Assembly: GCA_965214975.1 (NCBI GenBank) | Contig: OZ244055.1 | Span: 3,239,448-3,303,447, forward strand | Source: Alphaproteobacteria bacterium | GTDB taxonomy: Bacteria > Pseudomonadota > Alphaproteobacteria > MPNO01 > UBA830 | Reading direction: 5' to 3' | DNA: 64,000 nt | Part shown: positions 58,940-64,000 of the stretch, piece by piece | Layout of the letters: each line of letters starts with the position of its first letter | Position numbering within the stretch: position 1 is the first letter of the stretch | The notes under the pieces: generated by a model | What the model was told of the DNA's origin: nothing | Seen by the model: the letters and a program-made list of their open reading frames with translations, nothing else | Database searches by the model: none | Position numbers and translations under genes: made by a program

Positions 58940-60364
58940 TTACGGCAGGCGCTGCAGCAGGCGCACGATCTTCCGCGTCCGCTCGCTGAACAGGGCCGGC
59001 GTGAAGTAGCTGCCGGCCGCGCGCTTCCCCGCCTCGCCGAGGGTCGGGTAGGGCAGGATCAGGCCGGCGAGATGCTTGATCTTCATCCGTTTTTGGACAG
59101 GGAGGATCCAGCTCTGGATCAGCTCGCCGGCATGGGCGCCGACGATCGACGCCCCGACCACGACGCCTTTCGCCGTGGCAACGATCTTGACGAGGCCCTC
59201 GGTCTCGCGTTCGGCCCGGGCGCGGTCGTTGTCCGAGAACGGATGGCGCAGCACGCGGACAGCGCCGTGGCGCTCGCGGGCCCCGGCTTCGGTGAGACCG
59301 ACATGGGCGAGCTCCGGGTCGGTGTAGGTGACCCACGGCAGCGCGCGGTAGTCGACCTTCGCCGGCAGGCGGAACAGCGCGTTGCGGATGACGATGCCGG
59401 CGTGGTAGCCGGCGACGTGGGTGAACTGCGGGCTGCCGGCGGCGGCGTCGCCGATCGCGAAGACCCGGCGGTTGGTGGTGCGCAGCCGGGCGTCGACCCT
59501 GATGCCGCCCGGGCCCGAGACGATGCCGGCGGCCTCGAGGTCGAGAGCCTCGAGGTTGGGCCGCCGTCCGGCCGCGACCAGCAGGTGGGATCCCTCCACG
59601 CGCCCCGGTTCGCCGTCGAGGGAGACGGCGATGCCGCCGGCGGTTCTCTCGACGCCGTCGATCGCGACGCCCTCGTGGATCTCCACGCCTTCGGCGAGCA
59701 TCCGGTTCCTGACCACATCGGAGAGTTCGGGGTCGTCATTGCCGAGCATGAAGAGCATCTCGAGGATGGTGACCCGCGCGCCGAGACGGCGGTGGGCCTG
59801 GGCGAGTTCGCTGCCGATCGGGCCACCGCCGACGATCACGAGATGTTCGGGCACCGCCCGGTTGTCGAAGACGGTCTCGTTGGTCAGGAAAGGCACGTCC
59901 CGAAGCCCCGGGATCGGCGGCACGCCGGCCGACGAGCCGGTGGCCACGACGAACCGCCTGGCCGCGATCTCGAGGTCTCCGGCCCGCACGCGGTCGGGGC
60001 CGACGAACCGGCCGGCCGCCCGGACGACGCGCACGCCGAGGCCCTCGAAGCGTTCCGCCGAATCGTTGGGCGCGATGGCGTCGATGACGCCGTGCACGTG
60101 GGCATGCACCTTCCCGAAGTCGACCGCCGGCTCCGACGGCGCGATGCCGAAGCGGCCAGAGGTCGTGAACGCGTGCGCGGCGCGGGCGGCCGCGATCAGC
60201 GATTTCGAGGGGACGCATCCGTAGTTCAGGCAGTCGCCGCCCATGCGGCCGCGTTCGATCAGGACGACGTCGGCCCCCATCTGCGACGCCCCGGCGGCGA
60301 CCGACAGGCCGCCGGAACCGGCGCCGATGACGCAGATGTCCGTCGAGACCGTTTCCGCGGTCAC
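58940..60364 (-). CDS. FAD-dependent pyridine-nucleotide-disulfide oxidoreductase (dihydrolipoamide-dehydrogenase / mercuric-reductase-like, without a metal-binding N-domain).
   Basis: About 474 aa with the FAD motif GAGSGG, redox disulfide GDCLNYGCVPSK, the NAD motif GGGPIGSE, and a C-terminal dimerisation/His-Pro-Glu region. The GTG at 60364 overlaps the DedA stop (GTGA). Confidence 0.85.
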   Translation of the reverse strand: MTAETVSTDICVIGAGSGGLSVAAGASQMGADVVLIERGRMGGDCLNYGCVPSKSLIAAARAAHAFTTSGRFGIAPSEPAVDFGKVHAHVHGVIDAIAPNDSAERFEGLGVRVVRAAGRFVGPDRVRAGDLEIAARRFVVATGSSAGVPPIPGLRDVPFLTNETVFDNRAVPEHLVIVGGGPIGSELAQAHRRLGARVTILEMLFMLGNDDPELSDVVRNRMLAEGVEIHEGVAIDGVERTAGGIAVSLDGEPGRVEGSHLLVAAGRRPNLEALDLEAAGIVSGPGGIRVDARLRTTNRRVFAIGDAAAGSPQFTHVAGYHAGIVIRNALFRLPAKVDYRALPWVTYTDPELAHVGLTEAGARERHGAVRVLRHPFSDNDRARAERETEGLVKIVATAKGVVVGASIVGAHAGELIQSWILPVQKRMKIKHLAGLILPYPTLGEAGKRAAGSYFTPALFSERTRKIVRLLQRLP

Positions 60365-61158
60365 GGCGTCTTCGCGCGGCGCGCCCCGCGCTCCCGGATC
60401 TTCCTGTAGACCAGCGGCACGCAGGCCAGAAGCGCGAGGCCCGCGATCGGCGCCAGGATCCGTGGCGAGAAGATGATGCCGAGATCGAGATCGCCGCCCT
60501 GGTCGAGCACCGCGCCGGCGCCGTCCCCCACCAGCGCGTAGACGAAGGATCCCGGAATGATGCCCACGAAGGTGCAGATCATGTAGAGACGGAAGCTGAC
60601 GCCGAGAAACGCCGGCACCAGGTTGACGAGCCAGAACGGGAACAGGGGCACGAGCCGCAGGATCAGCATGTAGCTCACGCCGTTGTCGCGGAACTCGGTC
60701 TCCATGCGCTTGACCGTCGGCCCGGCCTTGGCCCGCAGCCAGTCGCCGACGGCGTAGCGGGCCGCGAGGAACACCGCGGCCGCGCCGACGCTGGCCCCGA
60801 CGACCGTGTAGAGCGTGCCGACGACCGGGCCGTAGAGAAAGCCGCCCGTGATCGTGATGATCGTCGCGCCCGGAACCGAGAACGCGACGGCGGCGGCGTA
60901 GACCAGCATGTAGAGCAACGCCGCCGCGAGGGTGTTGGCCTCGACCCATGCCCGCATGGTCCCGCGGTGCTCCTTCAGGAGGTCGAGCGAGAGATAGGCG
61001 TCGAGGTCGAACGCGAAGAACGCGGCGAGACCGGCCACGAGCAGCGCCGCGGGCGCGAGGCGCTTGACCGACAGGCCCGCCCTGCCGCCGGGCCGGACGC
61101 CGCCGGGCGGTTCGGGCGCCGGGTTCGTCGGGCCGGTATCCTGAGGGACCATCCGCAT
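60361..61158 (-). CDS. DedA / TVP38 / TMEM64 family membrane protein.
   Basis: 265 aa with a SNARE-associated Golgi-type DedA core (…VPGATIITITGGFLYG…FLVNLVPAFLGVSFRLY…). Confidence 0.85.
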   Translation of the reverse strand: MRMVPQDTGPTNPAPEPPGGVRPGGRAGLSVKRLAPAALLVAGLAAFFAFDLDAYLSLDLLKEHRGTMRAWVEANTLAAALLYMLVYAAAVAFSVPGATIITITGGFLYGPVVGTLYTVVGASVGAAAVFLAARYAVGDWLRAKAGPTVKRMETEFRDNGVSYMLILRLVPLFPFWLVNLVPAFLGVSFRLYMICTFVGIIPGSFVYALVGDGAGAVLDQGGDLDLGIIFSPRILAPIAGLALLACVPLVYRKIRERGARRAKTP

Positions 61159-61507
61159 CCTTTCCGGGGTCGCCGCGAAACCGCCGGCCCGTCCTGGCCG
61201 CGGTTCCCGCCGGGAACGGCGGGGGGCGACCCGATTCTAGCGATCCTCCGGGATCGAGTCGAAAACCGCCGCGGACCGGCGATTCGTTCCGCGGTTCCGG
61301 CAGGCGGCCCGGCCACGGCGTCTCGTTCGGTCGGACGGCCGGCGTGCCGGCGGGGCGCGGTCCGGGAAACGGTCGGCGGGCGTCCGGCTGCCGTCGGCCC
61401 GCGCCGTTCGCGCGCTTGCCGGGGCATCGACCGGACTTCCGCTCCGACTTGACCGGCCGGCGCGCCGGTCGTAGGTTTCCGCACGCTGGAATCACGGGAG
61501 AGGCGGC

Positions 61508-62086
61508 TTGCCGGCTCCGCGATTCGCCGGATTCCCGGCCCTGTTCCTCGCGACGGCGTTGCTGGCCGGGTCCGTCGGCGCCCAGTCCGAACGGAAGGAC
61601 GAGAAACCCCCCGCTCCGGGCCGCGACTGCGCCGACGTGTCGATCGACTACGTCGACGTGCCGGGGCTGACCCGGGAGGAGCGGATCGCGCGGATGGACG
61701 TCGCCCTCGCGCGTTCGCTCGGCCGCTTCGACGAGTGCCAGGAGGCCCGGGCGTCCCCGGGCGGAGGGGGAGGCGCGGACTCGCTGGCCGCCGGGGACAT
61801 CTCGGGCGGGGCGGCCGCCGACGCGTCCGGATCCCGCGGCGGGGCCGGGGGCGTCGACGGCGCAACGGACGGATCGACGGAAACGGCGACGGCGGCCACC
61901 GAGCCGGTCGGCAGGACGCCGGAGGACATTCCGCCCGCCGACAACGACAGCGTGCTGGAGGCGATGATCCGCAAGGCGGCGACGGAAGAGACGGACCCCG
62001 AGGTGAGGAAGCGCCTGTGGAACGAGTACCGCCGCTACAAGGGACTGCCCGCGGGCGATCGAGGGAGATCCCGGAGACCGGAATGA
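61508..62086 (+). CDS. Hypothetical secreted protein (192 aa), Gly/Asp-rich.
   Basis: TTG start after GGGAGAGG. It has a signal peptide (MPAPRFAGFPALFLATALLAGSVGAQS), a low-complexity acidic Gly-rich middle, and a C-terminus …RKRLWNEYRRYKGLP. Confidence 0.55.
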   Translation: MPAPRFAGFPALFLATALLAGSVGAQSERKDEKPPAPGRDCADVSIDYVDVPGLTREERIARMDVALARSLGRFDECQEARASPGGGGGADSLAAGDISGGAAADASGSRGGAGGVDGATDGSTETATAATEPVGRTPEDIPPADNDSVLEAMIRKAATEETDPEVRKRLWNEYRRYKGLPAGDRGRSRRPE

Positions 62087-63312
62087 GGATGCTGTTTCGC
62101 GGGATCGGCGTTTGCGCGCTTTGCGCCTGTTTCGCCCTGGCGGGCTGCGTCGGCACGGGTTCCGGCCCGGGCGTGGGGCCCGCCCTGTCCTCGCTGTTCG
62201 ACCCCAGGGGTCCCGCCGCGGTCGATCCCGCCAGGCACCGGCTCGACGTCATCGTTCCGGTGTTCGACCCCGGTCTTTCGGACGAGGCGCGGAACTACGG
62301 GCAGGAAGGCGTCTGGCCGGAACTGCGGCGGGCGGAGGCGAACCGTTTCGCCCACAAGCTCAAGCTCGCTCTCGAGGACGTCGGGGCGTTCGCCGCCGTG
62401 CGCGTCGCTCCCGACCGGACGGCCACGGGGGATCTCTACGTTCTCGGCCGCATTCTCGAATCCGACGGCGAGGACGTCGGGATCGAGATCCGGCCGGTCG
62501 ACGTGTCGGGGCGGGAATGGTTCGTCCGGACGTTCTCGCACACCGTGTCGCCCGATTTCCACCGGAACCCGCGCAACGACGGCAGGGATCCCTACGATCC
62601 GGTGTTCGAGACGGCGGCGAACCGCATCGCCCACGAACTCGACGATCGTCCCTCCGGGGAGCTCGAGGCTCTCACGGCCCTGGCGGAACTGCGTTTCGGC
62701 GCGAACCTATCGGAGGACGCCTTCTCCGGGCATCTGCGGTTCGAGGGCGGGCGCGTCGGGCTCGCGAGCCTGCCCGCCGACGACGATCCCATGCTGCGGC
62801 GCGTGCGGGCGGTGCGGGTGCGCGACCAGCTGTTTCTCGACGGGCTGCAGGAGAACTACGCCGAGTTCAGCGAGTCCATGCGGGAAAGCTATCTGACGTG
62901 GCAGGAAGCGAGCCTGGTCGAGAAGGAGGCGCGCCGGGAGGTCAACCGCGAGGCCGTGGGCGACGCCTTCCTCGGCGCGCTGTTCATCGGGTTGGGCGCG
63001 CTTGTCGGCTCCGCGGGCCACTCGAACTCGGGGGGCTACAGTCCCGGCGCGGTGGGCGCCGGCGTGGCCACGGCCACGATCGGCGCCCAGATGGTCCTGC
63101 AGAGCTTCCAGACGGCCGAGGGAGCCTGGGTGCATCGCGAACAGCTGGAGGAGCTCGGCCGTTCGATCGACCTCGAGATGTCGCCGCGCGTGATGGCCTT
63201 CGACAGGGAGACGGTGGAACTGTCGGGCGACGCCAGGGAGCAGTTCGCGCAGTGGCGCGCGTTCCTGCAGCGGATCTTCGAGGAAGAGAGAACGCCCGAG
63301 ACCCGTTTCTGA
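62083..63312 (+). CDS. Hypothetical lipoprotein (409 aa).
   Basis: The ATG overlaps the upstream stop (ATGA). Lipoprotein signal MRMLFRGIGVCALCACFALAGC. Gly-zipper/TM-like segment near the C-terminus (GALFIGLGALVGSAGHSNSGGYSPGAVGAGVATATIGAQMV). No family recognised. Confidence 0.6.
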   Translation: MRMLFRGIGVCALCACFALAGCVGTGSGPGVGPALSSLFDPRGPAAVDPARHRLDVIVPVFDPGLSDEARNYGQEGVWPELRRAEANRFAHKLKLALEDVGAFAAVRVAPDRTATGDLYVLGRILESDGEDVGIEIRPVDVSGREWFVRTFSHTVSPDFHRNPRNDGRDPYDPVFETAANRIAHELDDRPSGELEALTALAELRFGANLSEDAFSGHLRFEGGRVGLASLPADDDPMLRRVRAVRVRDQLFLDGLQENYAEFSESMRESYLTWQEASLVEKEARREVNREAVGDAFLGALFIGLGALVGSAGHSNSGGYSPGAVGAGVATATIGAQMVLQSFQTAEGAWVHREQLEELGRSIDLEMSPRVMAFDRETVELSGDAREQFAQWRAFLQRIFEEERTPETRF

Positions 63313-63330
63313 GCGGCCGGTCCGCTTTCC

Positions 63331-64000
63331 ATGCTGCACGAGACACTCGAACGGGAGAGCAGGCGGACCAGGCGCCGCCATCTCGGCCTCGCGCTCGCGC
63401 TTGCCGGCTGCGCGGCCGTCGTCGCGGCGTTCCTCTTCGGCGTCGTCGCGGTCGGCCCCGTTTCCCCGGACGCGCCGGCCGGCCGGAAGGCGCCGTCGGC
63501 GGCGCCTCCGGCGCCCGCCCCGTCGGCCGCGCCCGGAACGCCGGTCGATGCCGTGGCGGCCCGTGCCCGCGAGGCCTTCAAGTCGGCTCTCGGGGATTTC
63601 CGGGGCGGTCTCGGGCCGGCGGTGGCCGATCCGGACTTCGCGCGCTGGAACCCGGCCGCGCAGCGGGAGATCCTGGACGGCAGGGACGCCGCGGTCGACC
63701 GCTTCGGCGAGGGCGCCTACGGCGAGGCCCTGGAGATCCTGTCGGCGTCCGCCGCCGCCGCCCGGCGCGAGCTCGCGGTCCGCGACGCCGCGTTCGACGC
63801 CGCGCTCGCCGGCGCGCGGGCGGCCCGAGAGGGCTACGATCACGACGCGGCGGCACGGGACGTCGCCCGCGCCCTGGCCATCCGGCCCGACTCCCCCGAG
63901 GCTCTCGAACTCGCCGTCCGCATCGAGAGACTGCCGGCGCTGGCGGCGGCGGTCGAGGACGCCGCCGCCGCCCGGGCCGGGAACGACCTGGCGGCCGAGG
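63331..64000 (+). CDS. Hypothetical membrane-anchored Ala-rich protein, N-terminal part; it continues past the window end.
   Basis: The frame is open from the ATG at 63331 to the end of the window (not in the track because it has no stop). It has a charged N-terminus, then a TM helix (HLGLALALAGCAAVVAAFLFGVVAV), then an Ala-rich helical region. Confidence 0.5.
   Translation, partial: MLHETLERESRRTRRRHLGLALALAGCAAVVAAFLFGVVAVGPVSPDAPAGRKAPSAAPPAPAPSAAPGTPVDAVAARAREAFKSALGDFRGGLGPAVADPDFARWNPAAQREILDGRDAAVDRFGEGAYGEALEILSASAAAARRELAVRDAAFDAALAGARAAREGYDHDAAARDVARALAIRPDSPEALELAVRIERLPALAAAVEDAAAARAGNDLAAE

Overview
This 64-kb window is about 70% GC and densely coding, with roughly 60 protein genes and one tRNA. 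It looks like alphaproteobacterial chromosome, and I found no transposase, integrase, CRISPR array or rRNA.

Most long + strand ORFs in the six-frame track are antisense or out-of-frame artefacts of the GC-rich DNA. Real genes were picked by recognisable protein families, signal peptides, motifs and start/stop coupling. Starts were set by homology and nearby Shine-Dalgarno sequences. Many starts are GTG or TTG, and many adjacent genes overlap by 4 nt (ATGA or GTGA).

Gene content, left to right:
- A truncated membrane protein, then an M48 metallopeptidase with a LysM domain.
- pip, a MetE-C-terminal-like methyltransferase, tRNA-Arg(CCU) and msrA.
- A minus-strand SitABCD/TroABCD-type metal ABC transporter operon that runs straight into a family III CoA-transferase and a YfcG-like GST.
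- A divergent + strand meta-cleavage lower-pathway operon (semialdehyde dehydrogenase, hydratase, acetaldehyde dehydrogenase, aldolase, 4-oxalocrotonate decarboxylase) plus a PhyH-like dioxygenase.
- A MetX-like hydrolase and an MFS exporter.
- An otsB - GH15 trehalase-like - glk operon.
- An AhpD-like protein, then UbiD-family decarboxylase - VanA-like Rieske oxygenase - nitroreductase; a metallophosphoesterase; and a second Rieske oxygenase - SDR - TRAP transporter unit with tandemly duplicated dctP, under a LysR regulator.
- Two small ORFs, an orphan xanthine-dehydrogenase-family Mo subunit, mnmA, a dienelactone hydrolase, a RutE-like nitroreductase and a TctC/Bug SBP.
- TenA - ferredoxin - cysteine desulfurase, then AnmK, a PuuE-like deacetylase, a DMT exporter, an acyl-CoA synthetase and an MDR dehydrogenase.
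- A seven-gene translationally coupled operon: DedA, FAD disulfide oxidoreductase, benzoate-CoA-ligase-like, amidase, methylisocitrate-lyase-like, glutaredoxin-domain, VOC.
- Three secreted/membrane hypothetical proteins at the right edge.

The best candidates for something undescribed are (i) the coupled DedA ... VOC operon, (ii) the UbiD / double-Rieske / nitroreductase / metallophosphoesterase cluster with its duplicated TRAP binding protein, and (iii) the orphan Mo-hydroxylase subunit beside small low-GC ORFs.
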